The notes under the pieces: generated by a model
What the model was told of the DNA's origin: nothing
Database searches by the model: none
What the model saw: the letters and a program-made list of their open reading frames with translations, nothing else
Translations under genes and position numbers: made by a program
DNA from: Candidatus Hydrogenedentota bacterium
GTDB lineage: Bacteria; Hydrogenedentota; Hydrogenedentia; Hydrogenedentales; SLHB01
Reading direction: 5' to 3'
Assembly (NCBI GenBank): GCA_963745075.1
Contig: CAVUWV010000014.1
Span: 128,001-192,000 of the forward strand
DNA length: 64,000 bases
In this document: piece after piece, positions 38,365 to 49,232 of the stretch
How positions within the stretch are numbered: the first letter of the stretch is position 1
How the letters are laid out: every line of letters begins with the position of its first letter

Positions 38365-39900
38365 CTAAAACTTAATCAGCGTGTCCACCCCGACATACGT
38401 TGCATCATCACTATCCGAACCGCCGTTGAACTCCAGACCGTTGCTGTATATGAAGTTGCCCTTCTCGAGGTCCCCGTCGGCGAAAAGGTGCTCCACCACC
38501 AGCCGGAACACAAGATCCTCCGAATAATGGTAATGAAGATCGATACTCGCGATGGTGCCGATACCATTCCCCGCTGACTCAGTGAGGAACGGCAGTGCTG
38601 GCGCTACCGGGATTCGAAACGCCCCGGCCGAAACCATTCTCGGCATATCAAACGTTTCGTTCACCCAATACTTCATGAGAGTCGCCGTGACCGTAACCGC
38701 GTCGATTGGCCGCAGGTTAGTCCCCACGCGAAGCTGGCTGAAGTTCGAAGCATTGCGGTCCTGACCGAACAACTCACCGTACTTCGTCTCGCTAAAGAGT
38801 CGATTGAACGATACGCTCGCCTCGGGCCGATCGAAGGGATTGATCCAATCCAAGAAACTGAGATCCCGATTATCTTCACCCCCGAAGTACGCGCCACCAA
38901 CAAAGACGCGCGGGTGCCATGCAACGTCAAACGCATACCCAATTTCGAGATCGCCGGCCCAGGAATCGAAGCGAGCCCCGGTATCGCCGTATCCAAATGG
39001 AGAGAACAGATGACCGATGCTATCCGCGGTGCCGGTCTGGTAGGCGGCTTCGAGCGCGTAGTCCAGCGCGTCAAATTCACCTTCCGCGCGAATTCCGAAC
39101 GTGTGCAACTCGGTGGGATCGTAATCGTCTACACCGGCCCAGTTATCGAGCCGTTCGATGGGGGCGATGAAATTGGTGTCGTTCAGGGATCGCGCGTCGC
39201 GAACGAATAACCAGTACGCCATGAACTCGTGATTAGCGATCCCCGTGTAGGTTGCGTTCAGTCCGTAGAATTCGACATCGCCATCCTGTTCGTAGATCCC
39301 GTCCTCGGAAAGGACCGTCCACCATCCGTCAACGGTGAACGGTTCGCCCATGTACGTGAGCCGCACGCCGTCAAAGGCAAACTCGTCGGTGCTATGCTTC
39401 TTGCCAACCAGCCACCCGTCCCCAAGCTCGATCTGTTGCCGACCTACGCGGAGTTGAAGTGGCACCCCAAACATTTGATGAACTTCCACGTAACTTTGGA
39501 GAAACTCTATGTCGCTTGACGTGTCCGCGCGAACGTCGGCGCCCGTTACATAGTCCGAACGAAAATTCTTTCCCCAGGTCTCCCGGCTGAACAGATCGAC
39601 CTGAGCACTTACGTTGCCGGTGAAGTCCGCCCGGAACTGAAGCTTCGTGTTCTGCTCGAACCGCATCTTGTCGTTACTCTTGTCATCCCAAGCCAACTCG
39701 CTGGCCGTACCGTAAGGGCCGACGGCCCGGCCCGGGAGAAAGAAGTCGGGAATCCGTACCTCGGGTTCCCCGTCGACGAACATGTTTGACCAGTACCGCG
39801 CCCGAATCCGGAGTTGGCCACCCACATTCACGTCTTGCAATTCCCCCGCCGCCACCGTTACACAGATCAAGGACACGACGATCGACAGTAACCGTTTCAT
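38365..39900 (-). CDS. Alginate-export-family outer membrane beta-barrel
   Basis: Signal peptide, VGGQLRIR, RVGRQ..LGDGWLVG, FDGVR, C-terminal Phe. Confidence 0.85.
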   Translation of the reverse strand: MKRLLSIVVSLICVTVAAGELQDVNVGGQLRIRARYWSNMFVDGEPEVRIPDFFLPGRAVGPYGTASELAWDDKSNDKMRFEQNTKLQFRADFTGNVSAQVDLFSRETWGKNFRSDYVTGADVRADTSSDIEFLQSYVEVHQMFGVPLQLRVGRQQIELGDGWLVGKKHSTDEFAFDGVRLTYMGEPFTVDGWWTVLSEDGIYEQDGDVEFYGLNATYTGIANHEFMAYWLFVRDARSLNDTNFIAPIERLDNWAGVDDYDPTELHTFGIRAEGEFDALDYALEAAYQTGTADSIGHLFSPFGYGDTGARFDSWAGDLEIGYAFDVAWHPRVFVGGAYFGGEDNRDLSFLDWINPFDRPEASVSFNRLFSETKYGELFGQDRNASNFSQLRVGTNLRPIDAVTVTATLMKYWVNETFDMPRMVSAGAFRIPVAPALPFLTESAGNGIGTIASIDLHYHYSEDLVFRLVVEHLFADGDLEKGNFIYSNGLEFNGGSDSDDATYVGVDTLIKF

Positions 39901-39985
39901 CAATATGATTCTCCGTCGCGCGGTACCGATCCGCACCCGCACTCCATGCCAGTCTTGGCTCCCGATGACCTCGATACCCCGCCAG

Positions 39986-40017
39986 AGGCTAACCATTGTT
40001 TGTTAGAACAGTATTAG
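39986..40017 (-). promoter_or_regulatory. Putative Pho box and -10 for porin
   Basis: Minus strand CTAATA-N5-CTAACA-N9-TAGCCT. Confidence 0.65.
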
Positions 40018-40132
40018 CTCGGCCGCTCGGGAATCCGGCGAAAGTGGCGCGGAAGACGTGCCCTGCTGGAAAGACCCGATCTCCCTGAAGATTCCACGTC
40101 GTGTGATTTCCAGTGTTGCTGTTCGACACGTC

Positions 40133-40164
40133 CTTACACTAACTTAACATTGTTAGGGTACACT
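40133..40164 (+). promoter_or_regulatory. Putative Pho box and -10 for phoBR
   Basis: CTTACA-N5-TTAACA-N9-TACACT. Confidence 0.72.
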
Positions 40165-40207
40165 TCGCCCCGGTTAGGGGATTTCCGGTCCGATTCAGGA
40201 GCGAATC

Positions 40208-40894
40208 ATGGCACGCGAAAGTATTTTGGTCGTGGACGACGAGGAGGACATCCTCGAGCTGGTTAACTATAACCTGGCGAAGGCGGGGTACAAGGTCACT
40301 TGCGTAGCGACGGGAGGCGAGGCGGTGAAGTCCGCGCGCCAGGTGATCCCCGACCTCGTCGTGCTGGACCTTATGCTGCCGGGTCTCGACGGCCTCGAAG
40401 TGTGCACGCTGCTCAAGAACGACCCCAAGACCAGCGATGCGGCCATCATCATGCTCACGGCCCGCGGCGAAGAAGCCGACGTGGTCCGGGGGTTGGAATT
40501 AGGCGCGGACGACTACATTACGAAACCCTTCAGCCCGCGAATTCTATTGGCCCGGATCCGGGCGGTATTGCGCCGTCGCGAGACGGAAGCGATGGAAAAA
40601 TCGTCCGTCCTGCGCGTGCACGATCTTGTAATTCATCCCGGGCGCCATGAACTACTTGTCCAAGGCAAGCCCATCGATCTAACCTACACCGAGTTCCGGG
40701 TGCTCTATTGCCTGGCGCGCCGGCCCGGTTGGGTGTTTACCCGTTCGCAGATCGTGGATATGGTGCGCGGCGCCGGCTATGCGGTAACCGACCGGGCGGT
40801 CGACGTTCAGATCGTAGGGCTCCGGAAGAAGCTCGGCGAACGGGGGAGCTATATCGAAACGGTGCGCGGCGTCGGCTACCGCATGAAGGAGTAA
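40208..40894 (+). CDS. phoB: OmpR/PhoB response regulator
   Basis: VVDDE, LDLMLP, ADDYITKPF, ETVRGVGY; upstream of pst operon. Confidence 0.93.
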   Translation: MARESILVVDDEEDILELVNYNLAKAGYKVTCVATGGEAVKSARQVIPDLVVLDLMLPGLDGLEVCTLLKNDPKTSDAAIIMLTARGEEADVVRGLELGADDYITKPFSPRILLARIRAVLRRRETEAMEKSSVLRVHDLVIHPGRHELLVQGKPIDLTYTEFRVLYCLARRPGWVFTRSQIVDMVRGAGYAVTDRAVDVQIVGLRKKLGERGSYIETVRGVGYRMKE

Positions 40895-40900
40895 GTATTC

Positions 40901-42709
40901 TTGCCTCGTAAGCGGCTCATCTGGCAGCTCTTCCCGCTGTTTGTCCTGGTGGCCGCCGGTTCCCTGGTCTTGGCGGCCTTCTATGCAACGCACACCATGA
41001 CCCGTATCTACCAGGCGCAGCGAAATGCCGACCTTGAAGCCCGCGCACGGCTTATCGCACCCATCGTTCGAAAGGCGCTGCAAACCGGTTCGACCGAAGA
41101 CCTGGAGCCGCTTTGTAAACGGCTTAGCGAAGCTGCGTCTGCCCGTGTCACCGTCATACTGCCATCCGGCAAGGTCCTCGCGGACTCGGACCATGATGTC
41201 GAGACCATGGACAATCACGCCGACCGCCCGGAAGTCGTGGAAGCGCTGCGTGGGGAGGTCGGCGGGTCGACGCGTTATAGCCATACGCTGCGGACCGACC
41301 TGAGTTACGTGGCCATGCCCATCCACAGGGACGGCGCCATTACGGGCATCGTGCGCATCGCCGTACCGGAACCCAGCATCGGCTCGGCAGTGCGGACCAT
41401 CTCGATGGAAGTGGCTACCGGAATTGGGCTCGTCGTGCTGGTAGTCACCGCGCTGAGCCTCATCGCCACGCGCTCGGTAACCCGGCCCGTAGAACTCCTG
41501 CGGCGCGGCGCGGAACGCTTTGCCAAAGGCGATCTGGAGGCCCGGCTCGCCATACCGAATACGGCCGAACTCGGGCTCCTCGCCAACACCATGAACACTA
41601 TGGCAACCCAACTCGAGGACCGTATCCATGCCGTTGAACGTCAACGCAACGAGTTGCAGGCCGTTCTGTCAAGCATGGTCGAGGGCGTCGTCGCCTTCGA
41701 CAGCAACGAGCGGGTGATTAGCGTGAACCAGGCGGCGGCCGACATCTTCACGATCTCGCGCGAGCACGCACTGGGTCGCGTCATCCACGAGGTCTTTCGA
41801 GACGTCGACCTCCAGCGTTTTGTTGCGTCTATCCTGGAAACCGGAGAGGCCCAGCTCGGCAGCATCGTGCTGGAACACCGCGGAGAAGAGCATCTGCGTT
41901 TGCAGGGGGCAGCGCTCCACGATGCCCAGGGAAACCGCATCGGCGGGCTTGTCGTGCTGCATGACATCACACGCCTTCATCGGTTGGAGGCCGCCCGCCG
42001 CGATTTCGTCTCCAACGTCTCCCACGAACTCAAGACCCCCATAACGGCAATTAAAGGGTATGTCGAAACCCTCCAGGACGGCGCCTTGGAGGAGCCTGAT
42101 GCAGCCCACAAATTCTTGGGGATCATCGAAAGGCAAGCCGATCGACTTTCCGCCCTGATCGAAGACCTGCTCCGGTTGAGCCGCTTGGAACAGAATGCGG
42201 AGGATGAGCGGCTGCCCTTGGAAGAAGGATCGGTTCGCGATGTGCTTGAACGGGCCATTCAAACCTGTGAGCCTGCCGCGTCCACCAAGAATATGGATGT
42301 GCAACTCCGGTGCGACGGCGCGCTGGTCGTTCGCATGAACGCTCCGCTCTTGCAGTTAGCCGTCGAGAACCTTCTTGAAAACGCCATTAAATACAGCGAT
42401 GACGGCAAGCAAGTCCTTGTGGAAGCGACGCGGGAGAACGCCGCGGTCGTGATATCCGTTTCCGACCATGGTTGCGGAATCGAACAGGAGCACCTGCCCC
42501 GCATTTTCGAACGCTTCTATCGCGTGGACAAGGCCCGAAGCCGCAAACTCGGCGGGACCGGGCTCGGACTCGCCATCGTGAAGCACATTGTCCGCGTCCA
42601 CGACGGGCAGGTTAGCGTAGACAGCACACCACGCAAGGGCAGTACGTTTCGTGTTCAGTTGCCCGCCGGTCCCGACTTCGACCGTCGTTTCTCCCCGCCC
42701 ACTGCGTAA
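40901..42709 (+). CDS. phoR: Phosphate sensor histidine kinase
   Basis: 2 TM, HAMP, PAS, NVSHELKTP, NLLENAIKY, GGTGLGL; TTG start. Confidence 0.93.
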   Translation: MPRKRLIWQLFPLFVLVAAGSLVLAAFYATHTMTRIYQAQRNADLEARARLIAPIVRKALQTGSTEDLEPLCKRLSEAASARVTVILPSGKVLADSDHDVETMDNHADRPEVVEALRGEVGGSTRYSHTLRTDLSYVAMPIHRDGAITGIVRIAVPEPSIGSAVRTISMEVATGIGLVVLVVTALSLIATRSVTRPVELLRRGAERFAKGDLEARLAIPNTAELGLLANTMNTMATQLEDRIHAVERQRNELQAVLSSMVEGVVAFDSNERVISVNQAAADIFTISREHALGRVIHEVFRDVDLQRFVASILETGEAQLGSIVLEHRGEEHLRLQGAALHDAQGNRIGGLVVLHDITRLHRLEAARRDFVSNVSHELKTPITAIKGYVETLQDGALEEPDAAHKFLGIIERQADRLSALIEDLLRLSRLEQNAEDERLPLEEGSVRDVLERAIQTCEPAASTKNMDVQLRCDGALVVRMNAPLLQLAVENLLENAIKYSDDGKQVLVEATRENAAVVISVSDHGCGIEQEHLPRIFERFYRVDKARSRKLGGTGLGLAIVKHIVRVHDGQVSVDSTPRKGSTFRVQLPAGPDFDRRFSPPTA

Positions 42710-42727
42710 CCCCGGAAGATCGAGCGG

Positions 42728-42759
42728 CTAACACGTTCCTAACAACCGCCACATAAACT
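42728..42759 (+). promoter_or_regulatory. Putative Pho box and -10 for pstS
   Basis: CTAACA-N5-CTAACA-N9-TAAACT. Confidence 0.75.
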
Positions 42760-42817
42760 AGGAACGCAGGATTTGGCGATCCGGTCAATCCATTCAAACG
42801 ATGCGGAAGGGATCACC

Positions 42818-43702
42818 ATGAAGGTCACCGGTATACGTACAACTATCGCAATGCCAACGCTCCTTATCGCCACGTTGCTGGTGTCGGCCTGCGGACCCCG
42901 CGGTAGTCAAGGCGGGGCTGGTGGTTCAGATAACGCGATCACGATCAAGGGTTCCGACACCATGCTTCACCTCGTGACCGCCTGGGCCGATGGTTTTATG
43001 AAGAAACGCCCGGAAACGGCGGTATCCGTCACAGGCGGCGGTTCCGGGACTGGCATCGCGGCGCTATTGAACGGCACCACCAACATTTGTGCCTCCTCCC
43101 GCGATGTCAAGCCGGAAGAAAAGCAGATGGCGGAACAGAAGGGGATGCACCTCGTTATTACCCCCGTCGCGCGCGACGCGATTACCGTAGTTGTCAATTC
43201 CAAGAATCCTGTGAGCGAGTTGACACTTGAACAACTCAAGAAGATCTTTACCGGAGCCTACAAAACCTGGGACAAGGTCGGCGGGCCCGCCGAACCCATC
43301 GTTGTCCTTTCCCGCGAATCCAGTTCCGGCACGTACGCGTTTTTTCTCGAACATGTGTTGAAAAAGGAAGATTACACCCAGGATGCCCTGTTACTCCCAG
43401 CCACATCCGCCGTGATTCAGAGTGTGACCGATTCACCCTGGGCCATCGGCTACGTTGGTCTCGGTTATGCAGAAGACGCGGGCGACGCGGTCAAGATGAT
43501 TTCCGTGAAGACCGATGATGCTTCGCCTGCCGTCGCGCCGTCTACCGAGTCGGTGCTCTCCGGGGAATACTCGATCGCGCGTCCACTGAATCTGGTGACC
43601 GGCAGCGAGCCGATGGGGACGATCAAGGACTTTATTGATTACAGCCTGTCCCCGGACGGGCAGACGATCGTGGCCGACACGGGGTACGTAAAGGTCAAGT
43701 GA
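42818..43702 (+). CDS. pstS: Phosphate-binding lipoprotein
   Basis: Lipobox VSAC, KGSDTM, GGGSGTG, RESSSGT. Confidence 0.95.
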   Translation: MKVTGIRTTIAMPTLLIATLLVSACGPRGSQGGAGGSDNAITIKGSDTMLHLVTAWADGFMKKRPETAVSVTGGGSGTGIAALLNGTTNICASSRDVKPEEKQMAEQKGMHLVITPVARDAITVVVNSKNPVSELTLEQLKKIFTGAYKTWDKVGGPAEPIVVLSRESSSGTYAFFLEHVLKKEDYTQDALLLPATSAVIQSVTDSPWAIGYVGLGYAEDAGDAVKMISVKTDDASPAVAPSTESVLSGEYSIARPLNLVTGSEPMGTIKDFIDYSLSPDGQTIVADTGYVKVK

Positions 43703-44578
43703 GTGGTGCTGCGAGACTGGAAAGAACGGATTATCGGGCGTATTCTGCTGGCCTGCGCCTCGACGAGTATTCTCATCGTGGTGCTGATCTTCCTTTTCCT
43801 CTTCCGCGAGGCGGCTTCCTTCGTGCGCGATCCGGGGTTGAGCGCGTTACTGGCAACGAAATGGGTTCCCGCCTCGTTCCAGGATGTCTCTTTCGGATTG
43901 CTGCCCTTGGTGACCGGTTCCTTACTGGTCACATCGATCGCTACCGTCCTGGCCATTCCATTCGGCGTGTGCGGCGCCGTCTACATCGCGGAGATCGCCG
44001 GACCTCGTGAACGCGAAGTCCTCAAGCCTTTTATCGAACTCGTCGCGGGAATCCCATCCGTTGTACTCGGTTTCTTCGGGCTGGTCGTCGTTGCCCCGTC
44101 GGTCAAGACGGTCTTCGGTCTCGACAGCGGGCTAACCGCATTGACCGGCGGGCTGCTCTTGGCGCTGATGGCCGTGCCCACGATCATCACCATTTCCGAA
44201 GACGCTATTCGCAGCGTTCCCCGCGCCTACAAGGAGGCATCCCTGGCGCTCGGGGCCAACCGGGTCCAAACCATTTTCAAAGTGGTCGTGCCGGCCGCAC
44301 TGTCGGGGATCATCGCCAGCATCATGTTGGGCATGGGCCGCGTCATCGGCGAGACGATGGCCGTGATCATGGTCACCGGCAACGCGGCCAAGGTCACCTT
44401 GTCGCCATTCTCATCCGTGCGAACTATGACCGCCACCATCGCCGCGGAGATGGGGGAGGTCGTCTTCGGCAGTCCGCACTATGCTGCACTTTTTTGGGTC
44501 GGCATTGTCCTTCTGGTCGCGACGTTCATTCTCAACGTCATCGCCATGCGCGTGTTGAAGAAGTATCAGAGGGCCTGA
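43703..44578 (+). CDS. pstC: Phosphate ABC permease
   Basis: GIPSVVLG, RVIGETMAV. Confidence 0.95.
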   Translation: MVLRDWKERIIGRILLACASTSILIVVLIFLFLFREAASFVRDPGLSALLATKWVPASFQDVSFGLLPLVTGSLLVTSIATVLAIPFGVCGAVYIAEIAGPREREVLKPFIELVAGIPSVVLGFFGLVVVAPSVKTVFGLDSGLTALTGGLLLALMAVPTIITISEDAIRSVPRAYKEASLALGANRVQTIFKVVVPAALSGIIASIMLGMGRVIGETMAVIMVTGNAAKVTLSPFSSVRTMTATIAAEMGEVVFGSPHYAALFWVGIVLLVATFILNVIAMRVLKKYQRA

Positions 44579-45426
44579 TGACGACGTCGCCGTCCGAAAG
44601 AATGGTGATCTGGATCGTGCGGGCAATCACCTATTTCATGGTGCTCGTCGTGGGGTATATCCTGCTCGATATCATCATAAAGGGCATGGGCGTCGTGAAT
44701 TGGACCTTCCTCACGACGGCTCCCACGGTGGATGGGCGCGGCGGCGTGTTTCCCGCGCTGATCGGAACCTTATGTCTGGTCACGGGAACGATCGCCGTGG
44801 CGCTTCCGCTCGGGATGGCCAGCGCAATCTATCTGACGGAGTACGCTCGCCAGGGACGATTCACCGGAATGATACGCCTCGCCATCGTTACCCTGGCCGG
44901 CGTGCCGTCGATTGTGTTCGGCTTGTTCGGCCTTGGCCTCTTCGTTCTATTCCTTAATTTCGGCACCAGCATCATCGCGGGAAGTCTCACTTTGGCGTGC
45001 ATGATTCTTCCCACCATCATTGTATCCAGCGAGGAAGCCCTCCGGGCCGTCCCGCAGGCATTGCGCGAAGCCAGTCTCGCGCTGGGAGCGACAAAATGGG
45101 AAACGATCCGCAAGAACGTGCTACCGTACGCCATTCCCGGGATGCTCACGGGGAGTATACTTGGAGTCGGTCGCGCGGCAGGCGAGACGGCGCCGATTCT
45201 GTTGACGGTCGCGGCGTTCTATCTGCCCCGGCTGCCGCACTCCATATTCGACCAGGTAATGGCACTTCCATATCACCTGTACGTCCTGTCGACCCAGTAC
45301 ACGGACCCGAAAGTCGTCCGCCCCACGCAATACGGAACGGCGCTCGTACTGCTGATGCTGGTCCTGGGACTGAACATAGGCGCGATCGCACTTCGGATAC
45401 ATTTCAGAAAGCGGTACCGATGGTAG
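44578..45426 (+). CDS. pstA: Phosphate ABC permease
   Basis: [16 protein letters not shown]. Confidence 0.95.
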   Translation: MTTSPSERMVIWIVRAITYFMVLVVGYILLDIIIKGMGVVNWTFLTTAPTVDGRGGVFPALIGTLCLVTGTIAVALPLGMASAIYLTEYARQGRFTGMIRLAIVTLAGVPSIVFGLFGLGLFVLFLNFGTSIIAGSLTLACMILPTIIVSSEEALRAVPQALREASLALGATKWETIRKNVLPYAIPGMLTGSILGVGRAAGETAPILLTVAAFYLPRLPHSIFDQVMALPYHLYVLSTQYTDPKVVRPTQYGTALVLLMLVLGLNIGAIALRIHFRKRYRW

Positions 45427-46214
45427 AAGCAGGCACAGCATACGTCAGCGCGAAACAACTCAAACCCAAGGTTTCCGTCACCGGCCTGAATTTCTACTAC
45501 GGCCCGACGCAGGCACTTTTCGACATCACCATGGACATCCCCGATCGTCAGGTTACCGCCCTGATTGGCCCGTCCGGCTGTGGGAAATCGACTTTCCTGC
45601 GTACGCTGAACCGGATGAACGAAATCATCGGGGACACGCGTCTCGAGGGCAAGGTCACGATAGACGGACAGGACATCTACCGCAACGGGATGGATGTCGT
45701 TTCCCTCCGCAAACGGGTCGGCATGGTCTTTCAGAAGTCGAACCCCTTTCCCAAATCAATCTTCGAGAACGTCGTCTACGGCCCCCGGATTCACGGCGTG
45801 AGAGACCGGTCCGAACTGGCGAGAATTGCCGAGCAGAGTCTCATTCGCGCGGGCCTTTGGGAGGAAGTCAAGGATCGCCTCACCAAGAGCGCCATGGACC
45901 TCTCGGGCGGCCAGCAACAACGGCTCTGCATTGCCCGGGCGTTGGCTGTCGACCCGGAGATTCTGCTGATGGATGAGCCGGCCTCCGCCCTCGACCCCAA
46001 AGCAACGGCTCGAATCGAGGACTTGATTGGTGAGTTGCGCGACGAGTACACAATCGTTATCGTGACGCACAACATGCAGCAGGCGGCCCGCGTCTCCGAT
46101 CGCACCGCGTTCTTTTTTGAAGGCAGTTTGATCGAGTTCGGCGAAACCCAGGTGATGTTCACCAATCCCGCTGAACACAAGACCGAAGAGTACATTACGG
46201 GCCGCTTCGGTTGA
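45420..46214 (+). CDS. pstB: Phosphate ABC ATPase
   Basis: [29 protein letters not shown]. Confidence 0.97.
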   Translation: MVEAGTAYVSAKQLKPKVSVTGLNFYYGPTQALFDITMDIPDRQVTALIGPSGCGKSTFLRTLNRMNEIIGDTRLEGKVTIDGQDIYRNGMDVVSLRKRVGMVFQKSNPFPKSIFENVVYGPRIHGVRDRSELARIAEQSLIRAGLWEEVKDRLTKSAMDLSGGQQQRLCIARALAVDPEILLMDEPASALDPKATARIEDLIGELRDEYTIVIVTHNMQQAARVSDRTAFFFEGSLIEFGETQVMFTNPAEHKTEEYITGRFG

Positions 46215-46230
46215 GAGGCGGGAACGTCTA

Positions 46231-46938
46231 TTGTCCATCCACATGCAGCGCGAAACCCAACGCCTGAAGAAGAATATCCTGTCTCTCAGCGCCATGGTCG
46301 AGCAGAGCGTGGCGAAGGCCGTCCGCGCCCTACGCGAACGCGACCAGGAACTCGCCCGCCAAGTCATCGCGGCGGACATCGAAATCGACGAGCTTGAGGT
46401 CGACATCGAAGAGGAATGTCAGAAGATCCTGGCGCTCCATCAACCCGTTGCGCATGACTTACGCTACATCATCGCGGTGCTCAAGATTAACGCCGAATTG
46501 GAGCGCATTGGCGATGCAAGTGTGAACATCGCCGAACGGGCCGTCGTCCTCAGCGAAACCGCTCGCGTCGATATTCCGTTCAACTTCACCGGGATGGCGG
46601 AAAAGGCTAGGGCCATGCTTCAGCACAGCATCGACGCCCTCGTCAATCAGGATCCGCAATTGGCCTACACGGTCATCGCTGCCGATGACGAAATCGACGC
46701 CATCAACCGGGAAATGTACGACCAGGTCAAAGACGGGATACGCAACCATCCGGACCAACTGGAAGCGTTGATTCACCTCCTAAGTGTGTCCCGCCACCTG
46801 GAACGGATCGGCGATCACGCCTCCAACATCGCCGAAGATGTCATCTATCTGACCAAGGGCGACATCGTCCGCCACAAGACGGAAGAGTACTTGTCGAAGG
46901 TTCAGGAGCCTGAGAACGAAGACGCACCGTCTGCGTGA
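46231..46938 (+). CDS. phoU: Phosphate signalling protein
   Basis: QPVAHDLR, LERIGD twice, NIAEDV. Confidence 0.95.
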   Translation: MSIHMQRETQRLKKNILSLSAMVEQSVAKAVRALRERDQELARQVIAADIEIDELEVDIEEECQKILALHQPVAHDLRYIIAVLKINAELERIGDASVNIAERAVVLSETARVDIPFNFTGMAEKARAMLQHSIDALVNQDPQLAYTVIAADDEIDAINREMYDQVKDGIRNHPDQLEALIHLLSVSRHLERIGDHASNIAEDVIYLTKGDIVRHKTEEYLSKVQEPENEDAPSA

Positions 46939-46946
46939 CCCTCGCG

Positions 46947-48191
46947 TTAACCGGCGATGATCGAAACGCCTTTGTAGATCACCATACACAGAATCGCCAC
47001 AAAGGGAACTGTGATCAGCCACGACGCGAACACCGATTTAAGCGTTCGCGTGTCCACCGCCGTCAACCCGCGAGCGAGTCCCACGCCGATGATCGCGCCG
47101 ACGAGCGTGTGCGTCGTCGAGATCGGGAGCCCCATGCGCGAGCAAGCCAGCACCGTCATTGTTGCGCCGATATCCGCCGCCACGCCACGCGACGGCGTAA
47201 TCTCCGTAATCTTGGTGCCGATGGTTCGCATGACGCGGTACCCGTACGTCGCCAACCCCGTAACAATCCCCGCGCCACCCAGCGCAAGGACCCACGGCGA
47301 CACACCGACTTTCAGTGCGACCGTGTTGGTCCGTACAATATCGACCACGCCCGCCAGGGGGCCCACGGCGTTGGCCACGTCATTCGCGCCGTGCGCGAAC
47401 GCGACGGAACAGGATGTAATGACGACCAGAATGGCGAATACACCCTCGACTTTCCGGAGCTGAATCCCGATGTCCGCTTCGCTGTTTCCGTGCCATACTC
47501 GGCGCACGGCGTAGTACGAAACCACGGCTGCCACCAAGCCGATGACGGCGCTGACAGCGCTGGCTTGAATCACGTTCAGGTTGAGGCTCAGGTTGGATAG
47601 ACCCTTGTAAATCGTTGACAACGACACAATCCAGAACGTCGCGAACACACATAGGGGCACGCCGTTCAGCGCGGCCTTGAGCGGTTGCGGGCGGGCCAGA
47701 ATGAACGTTGATATCAAACGAAATATCACGTATCCCAGGACCCCCCCGACAACCGGTGAAATGAACCAACTGGCGACGATTCGGACCAGGGTCCCCCAGT
47801 GAATTTCCCCGACGCCCGCCTCGAGAATCCCAAACCCCGTGATTGCTCCGACAATGCTATGGGTGGTCGAGACCGGCATTCCCCAAAACGACGCCACGTG
47901 GAGCCACACGGCAGCCGCCACGAGCGCGCATACGAGCCCCAATGCCAGCGTCTTTGGTTCGCCCACAAAAACCGTGGTGTCGATGATTCCTTTACGAATC
48001 GTGTCGGTGACGTGGCTGCCAACCAGGAAGGCCCCCGCAAACTCGCAGATCGACGCGAGGATCACCGCCCCCGCGATGCCGACGGCGCCCGATCCGACGG
48101 CATCCGCCATCGAGTTCGCGACGTTGTTCGCCCCTATCGTCCAAGCCATGTAGAATCCAAATATAATGGCCGCTATTAACAGGATTTCCAT
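46947..48191 (-). CDS. pit: PiT-family inorganic phosphate transporter
   Basis: GANNVANS, HGANDVANA, PVSTTH/PISTTH. Confidence 0.95.
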   Translation of the reverse strand: MEILLIAAIIFGFYMAWTIGANNVANSMADAVGSGAVGIAGAVILASICEFAGAFLVGSHVTDTIRKGIIDTTVFVGEPKTLALGLVCALVAAAVWLHVASFWGMPVSTTHSIVGAITGFGILEAGVGEIHWGTLVRIVASWFISPVVGGVLGYVIFRLISTFILARPQPLKAALNGVPLCVFATFWIVSLSTIYKGLSNLSLNLNVIQASAVSAVIGLVAAVVSYYAVRRVWHGNSEADIGIQLRKVEGVFAILVVITSCSVAFAHGANDVANAVGPLAGVVDIVRTNTVALKVGVSPWVLALGGAGIVTGLATYGYRVMRTIGTKITEITPSRGVAADIGATMTVLACSRMGLPISTTHTLVGAIIGVGLARGLTAVDTRTLKSVFASWLITVPFVAILCMVIYKGVSIIAG

Positions 48192-48225
48192 GAGGAACCC
48201 ACCTACTCCTTCCGCACGAGGAACG

Positions 48226-48903
48226 CTACTTGCGACTTCCGATGATTTGACGAAGATACTTGGCGGTCTTCTCTGCACTGTTCGCAATGGAACTCAGCGT
48301 ATGACAGTACTTGTCGAGGAACATCAAAGTGATTGGATCGATTTCACCCTCCATGTCGTACGCGCGCGTCGAGAATACCCGCTGTAACTTGTCCGCTTTC
48401 CACTCCTCCTGGCCGATTTCTTCGATGTTCTCGAAGAATTTCTTCGCTTCTTGGCCCACAAACGCGGATTCCGCCAGGACCGAAAGCTCTTCGCAAAGAT
48501 TGAGCAAGTGTTCGCTGACTCGGACGACCTGCTCGACAAAGGCTAGAAAGTCCTCTTGCAGCGCTTCCGGCATGCGGGTTCTTCGGATGCGCAACACCAC
48601 GGCGAAGTCCTCCGCCGCGTCCGCTACGTTGTCCTGGTAGGTGAGGAACTTCAGGAACTCGTAGCGGCCGACCGAGAGCATGTATACGGAGGACATGGCC
48701 TCGCGAACGTTCGCTTTGATCTGGTCCGCTTCGTACTCCGTTTGTGACATCTCGTGGTGCAGTTTCTTGATGCCTTCATAGTCTTCCTTGAGCAGTGCCT
48801 CCGCCAGAGGGCGTAACAACAGCACGCACGAGTGGACTTTCCGCGTGTGTTCCAAGACCAGGCTGAATGGAGAGCGACCGAAAAATCGCTGAATCATGCC
48901 CAT
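48226..48903 (-). CDS. DUF47/TIGR00153 PhoU-like Pit accessory protein
   Basis: FGRSPF, EYEADQIK, QDNVAD.AED, EEWKAD; upstream of pit. Confidence 0.9.
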   Translation of the reverse strand: MGMIQRFFGRSPFSLVLEHTRKVHSCVLLLRPLAEALLKEDYEGIKKLHHEMSQTEYEADQIKANVREAMSSVYMLSVGRYEFLKFLTYQDNVADAAEDFAVVLRIRRTRMPEALQEDFLAFVEQVVRVSEHLLNLCEELSVLAESAFVGQEAKKFFENIEEIGQEEWKADKLQRVFSTRAYDMEGEIDPITLMFLDKYCHTLSSIANSAEKTAKYLRQIIGSRK

Positions 48904-49232
48904 CGGGATTTCCTCCTTGAAATCTCTGCCCGGCACCCAAAAAGGGCCCCCAAAGTGGTGTCAGAGATTGGTTTTGAATGCCCCCTGCCGGCAGTGAATA
49001 TCGGATTGCTGGCCCCGGCATACCGCAAGGCAAGTGACCCGTGAGAAGCATACCGAATCGCACGGATCTTCGCAAACCATTTGCTCGCAGATTTCGTATT
49101 CGTGAGGCCGGCTACCGTGAACTCCCCCGCAGGTCTCACCGTCCAATCAATTCGTCTGTTGAATTGGCACCCCAAGTTGCGGTGAGAAATGCCCCCGAGA
49201 AAAATTGCGCGTACACGGCTGAGAATTCCGGG

